NCBI GenBank assembly: GCA_963545855.1
Contig: CAUULA010000001.1
Span: forward strand, 9,518 to 73,517
Length of the DNA stretch: 64,000 nt
Direction: 5' to 3'
DNA from: an uncultured Prevotella sp.
GTDB taxonomy: Bacteria > Bacteroidota > Bacteroidia > Bacteroidales > Bacteroidaceae
Part shown: positions 28,421 to 38,749 of the stretch, one piece after another
Numbering within the stretch: the stretch's first letter is position 1
Layout: every line of letters begins with the position of its first letter
Notes under the pieces: model-generated
What the model was told of the DNA's origin: nothing
The model's database searches: none
The model's input: the letters and a program-made list of their open reading frames with translations, nothing else
Position numbers and translations under genes: made by a program

Positions 28421-29536
28421 TTACCACATCAGCTCGCTCATGATGCCGTCGCTGATATAGAGTCCGGCCCTCGTGAGGTGCAGGTGGTGGCCGTCGAGGT
28501 GAAGCAGGCGGGCGTCGACAAACCGTTTCGACCGCTTTAGAAGATGTTCCTTATATCTCGGTTTTAACGCCCTGATGTCCAAGCCCTCACGCGTTCGCAT
28601 CGAGGTGGTTATCAAGTCGTCGTATTGGGTGTTCTCGTCCAGAGTCTCGGCCTCTGACGGGCGTTCGCCCTTTTCTATCGAGGCGATGTATTGGCGGATA
28701 TCGGCCACATTCCAGCTTCTGGTGTCCCTGCCGTTGAAAGAGTGGGCTGCGGCTCCGATTCCGACATACGGCACCTGATGCCAGTACGAGCTGTTGTGGC
28801 GCGATCGGAAGCCGGGGCGGGCGAAGTTGCTGATTTCATACTGCTCGAATCCCGCTTCCTCGAGCCGCCGGATGAGGGTGTCGTACATTTGCAGAGACAG
28901 TTCCTCGTCGATTTCCTCTATCTCCCCTTGTTCGCGCATGCGGTAGAATGGGGTTCCCTCCTCGTACATCAGTGAGTAGGCCGATATGTGCTCGACGCCC
29001 AACCGGAGAATCTCGTCGAGGTCGTGATTGAGGTCGGCGAGCGTCTCTTGCGGGAAGCCGAACATCAGGTCGACGCTGATGTTGCCGATGCCCATGTGCC
29101 TCAGCCTGTGCACGGCTATCCTCACCTGTTCCGAGGTGTGCCTCCGGCGGAGAAGGCGGAGCCTCTCGTCCGCGAAGGTCTGCGCTCCCATGCTCACCCG
29201 GTTTACCGTCTGGGGCAGGCGGAAGCCGTCTTTGCAGATGTCGTCGGGGTTGCACTCCATGGTGATTTCCATGCTCCGGGTGTCGCTGCCCTTGAGAAAC
29301 ACCTTGTTAATATATAGGAACAGCCTGTCGAGCTCTGCTCCGGAGAGCACGCTCGGCGTGCCCCCGCCTAAGTAGACGGTCTCCATGGGCTCGGGACACT
29401 CGCCCTTGCGCAGCTCCATTTCCTTGCATATAGCCTCTACATACCTCTCCCGCAGCGCGGAAAGGGTGGTGCTGTAGAATCCGCAATAGACGCATCGCGA
29501 CTCGCAAAACGGAATATGGACATAGAGGCCGGCCAT
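28421..29536 (-). CDS. hemW: Radical SAM heme chaperone HemW
   Basis: LYVHIPFCESRCVYC, GGGTPS, YEISNF, HNSSYW. Confidence 0.92.
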   Translation of the reverse strand: MAGLYVHIPFCESRCVYCGFYSTTLSALRERYVEAICKEMELRKGECPEPMETVYLGGGTPSVLSGAELDRLFLYINKVFLKGSDTRSMEITMECNPDDICKDGFRLPQTVNRVSMGAQTFADERLRLLRRRHTSEQVRIAVHRLRHMGIGNISVDLMFGFPQETLADLNHDLDEILRLGVEHISAYSLMYEEGTPFYRMREQGEIEEIDEELSLQMYDTLIRRLEEAGFEQYEISNFARPGFRSRHNSSYWHQVPYVGIGAAAHSFNGRDTRSWNVADIRQYIASIEKGERPSEAETLDENTQYDDLITTSMRTREGLDIRALKPRYKEHLLKRSKRFVDARLLHLDGHHLHLTRAGLYISDGIMSELMW

Positions 29537-29801
29537 CTTTTTCCTGCAAAAATACTAATTACTATTAAAAGATTGGTGGTTTTCCGTGATTTTCTTTGGC
29601 GCTTTCTTCAAAAATGCCTATCTTTAACGGCAGAAAAAAAGACGGGGAAGTTCGGCGAAGCCATGGGGCAGCAGGATGTGAGTAGTGTCTCTCCAAACCT
29701 TGAAACCGCCTTTCCGCTTTTTCCGAGGACTTGCAAGCCAAGGGCGTAGAGTCCTGTTGCCGTGATTGGAAATATAATACTAATAACTTAAATCTTTTGA
29801 T

Positions 29802-31964
29802 ATGAGAGTATATCAGACTAACGAAATCAAGAACATTGCCTTGCTTGGCAGTGCGGGTAGCGGCAAGACCACTCTTGCCGAAAGTATGTTGTATGAAGCC
29901 GGCATCATCAAACGCCGCGGTAGTGTAGCTGCAAAGAATACTGTGAGCGACTACTTCCCAGTGGAACTGGAGTATGGCTATTCGGTTTTCCCGACCGTAT
30001 TCCATGTAGAGTGGAATAACAAGAAGCTCAATATTATAGATTGTCCGGGGGCTGATGACTTCGTCGGGGGGGCCATCACTTCCATGAATGTTACCGACCA
30101 GGCGGTTATCGTCATCAACGGCCAATACGGTCCCGAGGTGGGCACGCAGAACTGTTTCCGCTATACGGAGAAACTGAAGAAGCCCGTTATCTTCCTCATC
30201 AACCAGCTGGATTCAGACAAGTGCGACTTCGACAACCTTATGAATACCATGCGGGATATCTACGGACCGAAGTGCGTGCAGATACAGTATCCCGTCCAGA
30301 CGGGGCCCGACTTCCATGAAATCATCGATGTGCTCATCATGAAGAAGCTCTCCTGGGGAGCCGAGGGCGGGGCTCCGAAGCGGGAGGAAATTCCCGCCGA
30401 GGAGCTGGACAAGGCCATGGAACTGCACAAGGCTCTCGTGGAGGCTGCTGCCGAGAACGACGAGGCTCTGATGGAGAAGTTCTTCGAGAGCGAGACGCTC
30501 ACCGAGGACGAGATGCGCGAAGGTATCCGTAAGGGGTTGATTACGCGCAGCGTCTTCCCCGTGTTCTGTGTCGGTGGTCTGAAGGATATGGGCGTCCAGC
30601 GGCTGATGGAGTTCCTCGGCAATGTGGTGCCTTTCGTCAGCGATATGCCGAAAGTGCACAACACGCGCGGGGAGGAGGTTACTCCCGACAGCAACGGCCC
30701 TGAGAGTCTGTACTTCTTCAAGACAGGAATGGAACCCCATATCGGTGAGGTTTCTTACTTCAAAGTGATGAGTGGAGCCGTGAAGCCGGGTGATGATCTG
30801 ACCAATGCCGACCGCGGCAGCAAGGAGCGCATGGGGCAGATCTATGCCTGCGCAGGTGCCAACCGTATTCCGGTAGACCTGCTCAATGCCGGCGATATAG
30901 GATGTACGGTGAAACTCAAGGATGTGAAGACCGGGAACACCCTTAACGCCAAGGAGGCGGAGCAGCGCTTCGACTTCATAAAATATCCTAACAGCAAGTA
31001 CTCCCGCGCTGTCAAGGCCGTAAATTCGGCAGATACGGAAAAGATGATGGCGGCTCTTCTGAAGATGCGTCAGGAAGATCCGACATGGGTGATAGAGCAG
31101 TCTAAGGAACTCCGCCAGACCATCGTCCACGGGCAGGGAGAATTCCATCTGCGCACTTTGAAGTGGCGTATGGAGAATAACGAGAAGATCCCCATGCAGT
31201 TCGACGAGCCGAAGATTCCTTATCGTGAGACCATCACGAAGAAGTCTAAAGCTGAATACCGACACAAGAAACAGTCAGGCGGAGCCGGCCAGTTTGGTGA
31301 GGTTCACCTGATTGTGGAGCCTTATGCCGAGGGCATGCCAGATCCGGTAGCCTACAATTTCAACGGTCAGGAGTTCAAGATGAACATCAAGAGCAAGGAA
31401 GAAATAGACCTTGCGTGGGGCGGAAAGCTCGTTTTCCTGAACTCCGTTGTCGGCGGCGCGATCGACCTCCGTTTTATGCCGGCCATCCTGAAAGGTGTCA
31501 TGGACTGCATGGAGCATGGTCCGTTGACGGGTTCCTATGCCCGTGATGTGCGCGTAGTGGTCTACGACGGTAAGATGCATCCTGTGGATTCCAATGAGCT
31601 TTCATTCACGCTGGCTGCCCGCCATGCGTTCTCCGACGCGTTCAAGAACGCCGGTCCTAAGATTCTGGAGCCGATCTACGACCTTGAGGTATTCGTTCCG
31701 TCTGACTACATGGGCGATGTGATGAGCGACTTACAGGGTCGTCGTGCTCTCATCATGGGCATGGACAGTGAAGCCGGATACCAGAAGCTGCAAGCCAAGA
31801 TTCCCCTGAAGGAGTTGGCAAGCTACTCTATTTCGCTGAGTTCGCTTACTGGCGGCCGCGCAAGCTTTACCACGAAGTTCTCTTCTTACGAGCTTGTGCC
31901 CAACGAAATCCAGTCTAAGCTGATTGCGGACCATGAGGCTGAACAGGCTAACGAGGACGAATAA
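29802..31964 (+). CDS. fusA2: Elongation factor G paralogue (EF-G2)
   Basis: GSAGSGKTT, DCPGADDF, NQLD, KKQSGGAGQFGEV, HPVDSNE; extra segment in domain IV. Confidence 0.9.
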   Translation: MRVYQTNEIKNIALLGSAGSGKTTLAESMLYEAGIIKRRGSVAAKNTVSDYFPVELEYGYSVFPTVFHVEWNNKKLNIIDCPGADDFVGGAITSMNVTDQAVIVINGQYGPEVGTQNCFRYTEKLKKPVIFLINQLDSDKCDFDNLMNTMRDIYGPKCVQIQYPVQTGPDFHEIIDVLIMKKLSWGAEGGAPKREEIPAEELDKAMELHKALVEAAAENDEALMEKFFESETLTEDEMREGIRKGLITRSVFPVFCVGGLKDMGVQRLMEFLGNVVPFVSDMPKVHNTRGEEVTPDSNGPESLYFFKTGMEPHIGEVSYFKVMSGAVKPGDDLTNADRGSKERMGQIYACAGANRIPVDLLNAGDIGCTVKLKDVKTGNTLNAKEAEQRFDFIKYPNSKYSRAVKAVNSADTEKMMAALLKMRQEDPTWVIEQSKELRQTIVHGQGEFHLRTLKWRMENNEKIPMQFDEPKIPYRETITKKSKAEYRHKKQSGGAGQFGEVHLIVEPYAEGMPDPVAYNFNGQEFKMNIKSKEEIDLAWGGKLVFLNSVVGGAIDLRFMPAILKGVMDCMEHGPLTGSYARDVRVVVYDGKMHPVDSNELSFTLAARHAFSDAFKNAGPKILEPIYDLEVFVPSDYMGDVMSDLQGRRALIMGMDSEAGYQKLQAKIPLKELASYSISLSSLTGGRASFTTKFSSYELVPNEIQSKLIADHEAEQANEDE

Positions 31965-32000
31965 TAACATTATTTTCAAATAACTAAAGTACTTTTATCT

Positions 32001-32039
32001 CTCCGGGAAGCAGCGATTGCTTTTCGGAGGGTTTTGTTT
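32001..32039 (+). terminator. Intrinsic terminator of fusA2
   Basis: CTCCGGGAAGCA...TGCTTTTCGGAG stem plus T-rich tail. Confidence 0.7.
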
Positions 32040-32056
32040 CTGCGGGTTATGGCAGG

Positions 32057-32102
32057 AGAAAAGCAAGGCGCCCATCCGCATATAAGCGGATGGGCGCCTT
32101 GC
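32057..32102 (-). terminator. Intrinsic terminator of the GH20 gene
   Basis: Perfect 17-bp stem GCAAGGCGCCCATCCGC-ATATAA-GCGGATGGGCGCCTTGC with TTTT on minus. Confidence 0.8.
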
Positions 32103-32129
32103 CAGATACACTCGGGGATGCGGGAGATT

Positions 32130-33863
32130 CTATCTCACGATGATCTCATCCGTGAACATCCAGGCGTCTTTGCCCTGACTCTTGGCCTGTATGCGGATGT
32201 AGCGTGCTTTCTGAGGACTGCCTTGATAGCCGAGACAGACGAAGTTAAGGTAGCGTTTCGTTATCTTTTCTTGATGCGACTGATGAATCTGCTTGAAGTT
32301 GCTGCCATCGTCGGAGACAGAGATTATCAGTTCCTCCGGAAGGAAAATCCAGGCACCGGCATTCTGAATGAAGTCCATCCGGACGCTCTCAAACGATTGC
32401 TCTTTTCCCAGGTCGAGGGTGATATCCATGCAGTAGCCGTCGCTGCCTATGAAGCCTTGCCATCTTTGGTCGGAGTGTGTCCATCCTCCCCGTTGTCCAT
32501 CGGTCAGGGTTGTGGTGCCCTTTGCCTCGTAGCGTGGGCTGTAGGGCTTGTTGTAGGTAACCTTGGCTGTCGTGGCAAGGTGGCCGGCGGGGAGCAGACT
32601 TTCGGGTCGGTCGCCTTTTTCCTTGGAGAGATCGAAGGCATTGACTCCTTCTGCCCTTAGCTTGTCCACCTCTTTCAAGGCATATTCGCGGAACTCTTTA
32701 TAAGGCTTGGGCTTGCTTTTCGTCCCTATTTTGGCAATGGCCAAGAGACGGGGAAAGATGGCGCACTCGGCTTCTTGGGGCGTTTCTATCTGTTCCGTCC
32801 ATACTGCCGCCTCGATTCCGAGAACATGGGAAGCCTCTGCTGGCGTGAGTCCTTGGATGGGATTGAAGCTGTAGACCTGCTTGAGGGGCAGATAGTTGGT
32901 GCGCTCTGATACGCCCAGCTCCGGTGCATCCTGCGGATTGTTGATGTAGCAATATCGGTTCGGAGCCATAATCACATTGAAGCCTTGCTGGATGGCCTGG
33001 CGGGCATACTTGGTATCTTGCCAGACCATGATGGTCTTTGGGTTTCCTTTGATAACCGACGGGGCGGGAGAGAGAGTACACAGTTCGTCCCAGCCGATGA
33101 GCGATCGGCCGTTGGCAGTCAGAAACGAGTCGATGCGGTCGATAAGCATGGTCTGGAGGCCGGACACCTCTTTTATATGATGCGCACGCATATAGGCCCG
33201 GCAATTCCGGCAGCTTTTCCATGCGCTCATCTCTGCCTCGTCGCCTCCGATGTGTATATATCGGGAGGGGAAGATGTGCATCACTTCTTTCAGGACATTC
33301 GTGAGGAAAGCGAAGGTTGCCGGATTGGAAGGGCACAAGTCGCTTGACAGGTTGACTTTCCCCGTGGTTTCGTCGACGCATCCCAGCTCCGGGTAGACCG
33401 CGAGAACCTCGTCGGAATGTCCGGGCATTTCTATTTCCGGGATAATCTCGATACCTTTCCGGGCAGCATATTTCACTAATTGGCGCATTTCTTTCTGCGT
33501 ATAGTAACCGCCGTAGGCACCAGGGGCACCTTGGTGGGTATAGTCGCGTTGTCCGTCTATCCACCATTTGCCCCAGTCTTCCTCGCTTCTCCATGCCCCG
33601 GCCTGCGTCAGTTTGGGGTATTGTTGAATCTCCAGACGCCATCCTCCGTTATCCGTGAGGTGTAAATGAAGCTTGTTGATATGATATCGTGAACAGAGAT
33701 CTACCTGCTTTTTGAGGAAGTCCATGGGGAAGAAATGCCGCGAGACATCGATCATCAGTCCGCGCCACTGGTAGGCGGGAATCGCTTTCTTTTGCGGTAT
33801 CCGCGCCTCTGCCGGCGATAAGGAAAGGCTGAATATCAGGCATAAGGTGATTGGTATTCTCAT
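32130..33863 (-). CDS. Beta-N-acetylhexosaminidase (GH20) with C-terminal F5/8-type (CBM32-like) domain
   Basis: WRGLMIDVSRHF, HLHLTD, PEIEMPGH, catalytic HIGGDE; signal peptide; start ATG 33863 after the -7 element at 33879-33886. Confidence 0.92.
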   Translation of the reverse strand: MRIPITLCLIFSLSLSPAEARIPQKKAIPAYQWRGLMIDVSRHFFPMDFLKKQVDLCSRYHINKLHLHLTDNGGWRLEIQQYPKLTQAGAWRSEEDWGKWWIDGQRDYTHQGAPGAYGGYYTQKEMRQLVKYAARKGIEIIPEIEMPGHSDEVLAVYPELGCVDETTGKVNLSSDLCPSNPATFAFLTNVLKEVMHIFPSRYIHIGGDEAEMSAWKSCRNCRAYMRAHHIKEVSGLQTMLIDRIDSFLTANGRSLIGWDELCTLSPAPSVIKGNPKTIMVWQDTKYARQAIQQGFNVIMAPNRYCYINNPQDAPELGVSERTNYLPLKQVYSFNPIQGLTPAEASHVLGIEAAVWTEQIETPQEAECAIFPRLLAIAKIGTKSKPKPYKEFREYALKEVDKLRAEGVNAFDLSKEKGDRPESLLPAGHLATTAKVTYNKPYSPRYEAKGTTTLTDGQRGGWTHSDQRWQGFIGSDGYCMDITLDLGKEQSFESVRMDFIQNAGAWIFLPEELIISVSDDGSNFKQIHQSHQEKITKRYLNFVCLGYQGSPQKARYIRIQAKSQGKDAWMFTDEIIVR

Positions 33864-34090
33864 AGTTTTCTTTTTCTGCAAAGATAAGAATTAAAATTCA
33901 AAAGAGAAATAAATTGTCTGGTTTTGTGCCATAAAGGGCCGATAAGGGTGTCGGTTAGGACTATTGTATGCCAAGAGATAGTTTCTTATTCGCAACTATA
34001 ATGTCTTAAAACGGTTAAAGAAGTTAAATATAAGGCAAATATTTAACATTTTTGGTTTTAACATTTAAGATTTTATTTAACTTTGCGAAT

Positions 34091-35653
34091 ATGAAGAAGA
34101 GAACGATATGGACAATAGCTGCCATTATGGGAGTATCTTTCATGATGTTGCTTTTCCTCCAGCTCAAGTATATCCAGGAGATGGTGGACATGAAAAAGGA
34201 GCAGTTTGACGAGAGCGTCAACCGTTCGCTTTATCAGGCCTCACGGAATCTGGAGCTCAACGAAACCCTCCAATATCTTGAGAAAGATGTGAACGAGACC
34301 GAGCGTAAAGCTCACAGGCAAGATTCCCTGGCCGCACGGGGCAGTATCTCCGACAGCACCACCCAGACCTCACATCAATATTCCATGGCGGGAAAAGACG
34401 GCACTGCCTATTCTTCATTTGAACTGAAGACCATCTCTGCGAGCCCTGCCTCAAAGCCGAAAGCGATGATCCTGAAAGATGACAAGGGCTCTATTTCCGA
34501 AGCCTCGAAGTCTTTGGGCGAAATCGTGAAGAACCGCTATGTCTATCAGAAGGCTCTCCTTGACGAGGTTGTACTGAATATTCTCTATTCTGCATCGGAC
34601 AAAAACCTGCGCGAACGCATCAACTTCAAGATGCTCGACCAAGATTTAAAGGCGGAATTGATGAACAACGGCATCAACATCCCTTACCATTTCACGGTAA
34701 GCACGCAAGACGGAAGGGAGGTTTACCGCTGTCCGGACTATACGGGCGAGGGCGAGGAGTACACCTACAGCCAACTTCTGTTCCGCAACGACCCGGCTTC
34801 GAAGATGGGCGTTGTGCGTGTGCACTTCCCGGAAATGAGCCGCTATATCTATTCTTCGGTGCGCTTTATGATACCAAGTATCATCTTCACGCTCATCCTG
34901 CTCATCACCTTTATCTTCACCATTGTCATCATCTTCCGGTCCAAGCGCTATACAGAGATGAAGAACGACTTCGTGAACAATATGACGCATGAACTCAAGA
35001 CGCCGATAGCAAGCATCTCGCTGGCGGCTCAGATGATGAACGACAGGAGCGTAACGAAGAGCGAACAGATGATGTCCCACCTGTCGGGAGTCATCAATGA
35101 TGAGACCAAACGCCTGAGGTTCTTGGTGGAAAAAGTGCTTCAGATGTCGATGTTCGACCGCAAGAAAGCTGTCTTCAAGAAGAAGGAACTCGACCTGAAT
35201 GAGATGGTGGAGAACATCGCGAACTCCTTTACCTTGCGTGTGGAACATACCGGCGGGAAGATATATACGGACATAGAAGCCGTCGACTCCACGATCTATG
35301 TGGACGAGATGCACTTCCAGAATGCCATCTTCAACCTGCTTGACAATGCCGTGAAGTATGGTAAACCCGACCGGCCGCTCAACATCTATTTGAAGACATG
35401 GAACGACACAGAGCACCTTTACCTGTCGATTCGCGACACCGGCGTCGGCATCAAGAAAGAAAACCTGAAGAAGGTGTTCGAGAAATTCTACCGCGTTCAC
35501 ACCGGCAATGTGCACGATGTGAAAGGATTCGGGCTGGGATTGGCCTATGTAAGAAGGATTGTAAACCTGCATAGTGGTGAAATAAAGGTGGAGAGCGAAT
35601 ACGGCAAAGGCACCAAGTTTACCATCAAGTTGCCGGTAATCAGAGAATCATAA
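34091..35653 (+). CDS. rprX: Sensor histidine kinase (RprX-like)
   Basis: Two TM helices, THELKTP H-box, NLLDNAVKY, DTGVG, GFGLGL; TAACTTTG at 34078. Confidence 0.88.
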   Translation: MKKRTIWTIAAIMGVSFMMLLFLQLKYIQEMVDMKKEQFDESVNRSLYQASRNLELNETLQYLEKDVNETERKAHRQDSLAARGSISDSTTQTSHQYSMAGKDGTAYSSFELKTISASPASKPKAMILKDDKGSISEASKSLGEIVKNRYVYQKALLDEVVLNILYSASDKNLRERINFKMLDQDLKAELMNNGINIPYHFTVSTQDGREVYRCPDYTGEGEEYTYSQLLFRNDPASKMGVVRVHFPEMSRYIYSSVRFMIPSIIFTLILLITFIFTIVIIFRSKRYTEMKNDFVNNMTHELKTPIASISLAAQMMNDRSVTKSEQMMSHLSGVINDETKRLRFLVEKVLQMSMFDRKKAVFKKKELDLNEMVENIANSFTLRVEHTGGKIYTDIEAVDSTIYVDEMHFQNAIFNLLDNAVKYGKPDRPLNIYLKTWNDTEHLYLSIRDTGVGIKKENLKKVFEKFYRVHTGNVHDVKGFGLGLAYVRRIVNLHSGEIKVESEYGKGTKFTIKLPVIRES

Positions 35654-35688
35654 ATCAAAGAATTATAAACCAATTAAAAGTAGAAATT

Positions 35689-36387
35689 ATGGATGAAACT
35701 TTGAAAATCTTGCTTTGCGAGGACGATGAGAACCTCGGAATGCTGCTTCGTGAGTACTTGCAGGCTAAGGGCTATCAGGCAATACTCTGCCCTGACGGCG
35801 AAGCCGGATACAAGGAATTCTTGAAGAATAAGTTCGACATCTGCGTGCTCGATGTCATGATGCCGAAGAAGGACGGCTTTACCCTTGCCCAGGAGATTCG
35901 TCAGGCCAATGCCGACATGCCTGTCATCTTCCTCACTGCCAAGACCTTGAAGGATGATATTCTGGAGGGATTCAAGATCGGAGCCGACGACTACATCACA
36001 AAGCCTTTCTCCATGGAAGAGCTCGTGCTGCGTATCGAGGCCATCCTGCGCCGTGTCCGCGGCAAGAAAAACAAGGAGTCTACGGTCTATCGCATAGGTC
36101 GCTTCATCTTCGACACGCAGAAACAGCTGTTGACCATCGGCGACAAGCAGACCAAACTGACGACCAAGGAGAACGAACTCCTTGCCCTGCTCTGCTCCCA
36201 TGCCAACGAGATTCTGGAGCGCAACTTTGCCCTTCGCACCATCTGGGTGGACGACAACTACTTCAACGCCCGCTCCATGGATGTCTATATCACTAAGTTG
36301 CGCAAGCATTTGAAGGACGACGAGCAGATAGAAATCATCAATATCCACGGCAAGGGATATAAGCTCATCGTACCGGAAGATGCCTGA
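35689..36387 (+). CDS. rprY: OmpR-family response regulator (RprY-like)
   Basis: EDD, DVMMP, GADDYITKPF, winged-helix RSMDVYITKLRK. Confidence 0.9.
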   Translation: MDETLKILLCEDDENLGMLLREYLQAKGYQAILCPDGEAGYKEFLKNKFDICVLDVMMPKKDGFTLAQEIRQANADMPVIFLTAKTLKDDILEGFKIGADDYITKPFSMEELVLRIEAILRRVRGKKNKESTVYRIGRFIFDTQKQLLTIGDKQTKLTTKENELLALLCSHANEILERNFALRTIWVDDNYFNARSMDVYITKLRKHLKDDEQIEIINIHGKGYKLIVPEDA

Positions 36388-36412
36388 CAGGGCTGTTCCG
36401 GATAGCATCAGG

Positions 36413-36483
36413 AATTGGCTGTCCCCCTATTGAGGACAGCCGATTTCATTATAATCCGCGGCAGAGTTTCTCGCCGCGGATTA
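36413..36483. terminator. Two adjacent hairpins between convergent genes (probable terminators)
   Basis: TTGGCTGTCC...GGACAGCCGA and TAATCCGCGGC...GCCGCGGATTA. Confidence 0.6.
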
Positions 36484-36500
36484 AGTGTGTGGCCGGGATG

Positions 36501-36656
36501 TCAGCTTTTCCAGACGCTGTTTCCTGCCTCCTGCCCGTCGGTGAGGTTCTCTTTGCCTAACTGCTCACCGCCTTGCGTGTTAGATATGTCCGACATTAAG
36601 GTCTCAATCCGGGTATTCAGGATTTTGATACTTGGTTTGATACACTCTTTCATCAT
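36501..36656 (-). CDS. 51-aa small peptide downstream of the surface protein gene
   Basis: Manual translation MMKECIKPSIKILNTRIETLMSDISNTQGGEQLGKENLTDGQEAGNSVWKS; starts 15 nt after the upstream stop and ends before the hairpins. Confidence 0.65.
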   Translation of the reverse strand: MMKECIKPSIKILNTRIETLMSDISNTQGGEQLGKENLTDGQEAGNSVWKS

Positions 36657-36671
36657 GTCGGTTTGTTATGT

Positions 36672-38528
36672 TTATCTCTTGATAACCTTCTTTCCATTCA
36701 CGATTACTACGCCCTTATAGTTATCGTCAACTTGCTGACCTGCGAGGTTGTAGATAGCTTCGCTGCCCGTTTTCTCTGTCGTCTTGAGCGTGTCGATGCC
36801 CGTTGTTCCACCCGATAAGAGGTAGGCCTTGGCGCCGCCGGCCACATCCTTGCCAACCTTCAGGTATGCCTTGTGCGCCCCGTTGGTAAAGGCGGAGCCG
36901 TCTTCCGTGCCCCAATAGAAGCCTACTGAGCCTATCTCGCCTGCATTGTTCGTGGAAAGACAGTAGAAATAGCTGTTGGCGTCAGCCTCCGGCATGGTCT
37001 CTGTATCGGTGCCCGACAGCATGTTAGCGCTGTCAGAGTTGCCTTTGCTGGTTGTGCTTAGGAACTCGTAGTTGCCCGGTTCGGCATTGATGACAACGGC
37101 TGTGCCCATTGAAATGTGCTTGCCTGACCCGTAAGACTTGCTGGTCTCGAGCTTACCGTCCGCAACTTTATAGGTGGAGGCGGTTGCACCTTCAGGTATC
37201 GTTAATGCCAGTTTACTATAATATAAGGTGGTGTAGCGGGTCTCTCCCACTGTAACCGGTATGGCAACGGCGAACGGCTTGACCCCTGCGACACCTTTCA
37301 AGATATTGTTGAAACCTGCAATCAGGTCATAGGTGTTGCCGTCGCCGGCTATATCTTTGACGGCCGCGTTGTTACCGTAGAGCGAGATTTTTGTCTCGTC
37401 GGATGTCGCGAAATACTTTGCCTTTGCTCCTTCACCCTCCTTTGTGATGCTGACACCATTCAGACGCACGAGGTCTGACACATTCTTGTGTTGCAATACA
37501 TCTTCTATGGTGGTAACGGTCGGGTCAAGGTTTGTCGTCGTAGCTTCAGTTACGGTTACATGATTCAGATTGGTGTAACTGTTGTCCTTCACCTTTATGA
37601 CGCCATACTGGTAGTCGTAGTCGCACACCAGGCTGCCATTCAGGGTGCTGTTGAGGGGGAGGTTCAGGCCTGTAACAAAGAAAAAGACAGCCTTGTCGCC
37701 CTCACGGACATAGACATTCTTAGCGTCTACATACACCACCTTGGCATTGGTCAGCCTCAGATTGATGAAGGCTTGGTCTTCCATCATGCCGTGCAAGTCG
37801 GCTATGGTCTTGTCAACCGGTTCGTGGCGGGTGAAGGTCTTGGATGTGATTTCACTGGTTTTGTCGCCTACTTTTGCGATTGCCTGTATCGTGCAGGTCT
37901 TGTCAATGGTAACTTCCAGTGGCGAATTGCCCTTTCCGGAATACTCTCCCTCGGCAGTGCTGAAGTTTTCTCCCAAGTCAATTCCGTAATAAATAGTGGA
38001 ATTCTCCGGGCCGGTAATGGTAATCGTTTGCTGGTTAAGGAAGTTGTCTCGTCCGCTAATCGTTGGAATACCAATAATATCTTCCCCCGCGGCTACATAG
38101 GTTACTACAATTTTCTTAAATCGTGCGTTGGTAGCGGCAGACAGCTCCATTGTTCGCGCGGGATTCGAGAGAGCCCAGCTGTCAGATGGCAAGGCTGTGC
38201 CATTGAGGGTTAAATTTGTCGCACTGTAAGTCTTCTCCGTCGGCGTAAAAACGACTTTTGTAATTACATAGCCTTCTGCCGCGGAGATTTTCAATGTTGT
38301 ACCTTTGTACATTCTGATAGACCCTTCCTTGTTTTCGGTAGGGAAATATTTATTACTTCCTTTGTCAAAGACCAAGGTTAGGGGAGCGGTGGTATAAGTA
38401 TTGGCAGTTGTTAGGTTCGTTTGAGTTTTTTTTACTTGGCTCCAGTCAAATGTAACTTTCTCTGCCCACACACCACTAAATACCGCGAGACACAGCATCG
38501 TGAATAAAAAGCGTAAATTTCTTGGCAT
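36672..38528 (-). CDS. Secreted/surface protein with Prevotella-type C-terminal sorting domain (T9SS cargo-like)
   Basis: Signal peptide; beta-rich domains incl. an Fn3-associated-like segment (TIYY...TIQAIA); C-terminal GI...IYNLAGQQV...KGVVIVNGKKVIKR. Confidence 0.8.
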   Translation of the reverse strand: MPRNLRFLFTMLCLAVFSGVWAEKVTFDWSQVKKTQTNLTTANTYTTAPLTLVFDKGSNKYFPTENKEGSIRMYKGTTLKISAAEGYVITKVVFTPTEKTYSATNLTLNGTALPSDSWALSNPARTMELSAATNARFKKIVVTYVAAGEDIIGIPTISGRDNFLNQQTITITGPENSTIYYGIDLGENFSTAEGEYSGKGNSPLEVTIDKTCTIQAIAKVGDKTSEITSKTFTRHEPVDKTIADLHGMMEDQAFINLRLTNAKVVYVDAKNVYVREGDKAVFFFVTGLNLPLNSTLNGSLVCDYDYQYGVIKVKDNSYTNLNHVTVTEATTTNLDPTVTTIEDVLQHKNVSDLVRLNGVSITKEGEGAKAKYFATSDETKISLYGNNAAVKDIAGDGNTYDLIAGFNNILKGVAGVKPFAVAIPVTVGETRYTTLYYSKLALTIPEGATASTYKVADGKLETSKSYGSGKHISMGTAVVINAEPGNYEFLSTTSKGNSDSANMLSGTDTETMPEADANSYFYCLSTNNAGEIGSVGFYWGTEDGSAFTNGAHKAYLKVGKDVAGGAKAYLLSGGTTGIDTLKTTEKTGSEAIYNLAGQQVDDNYKGVVIVNGKKVIKR

Positions 38529-38749
38529 AATAGATCTTTTTTTAGTTGTTAAAAATAATTATATATTCCACTTGACAAAAATACGATAAAAAAATGAAAA
38601 AACCATGCATATTTGAATAAAAATCGTTTGGCAGTCTTATTTTTAACTTTTTATTCTATAAAAAGCGAAGTCTTCGGGCGATGATAGTCGTGGCATCGGA
38701 AGCAGGGGGAGATTGTGCCATGCGGAAACGCCGACGGCTTTTCGTAGGG

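Noticed and set aside
34006..34080. Repeated TTTAACATTT/TTAA motifs upstream of rprX as an RprY operator
   Set aside because: The region is very AT-rich and the 15-bp spacing does not fit typical OmpR-family tandem sites; not supportable from sequence alone
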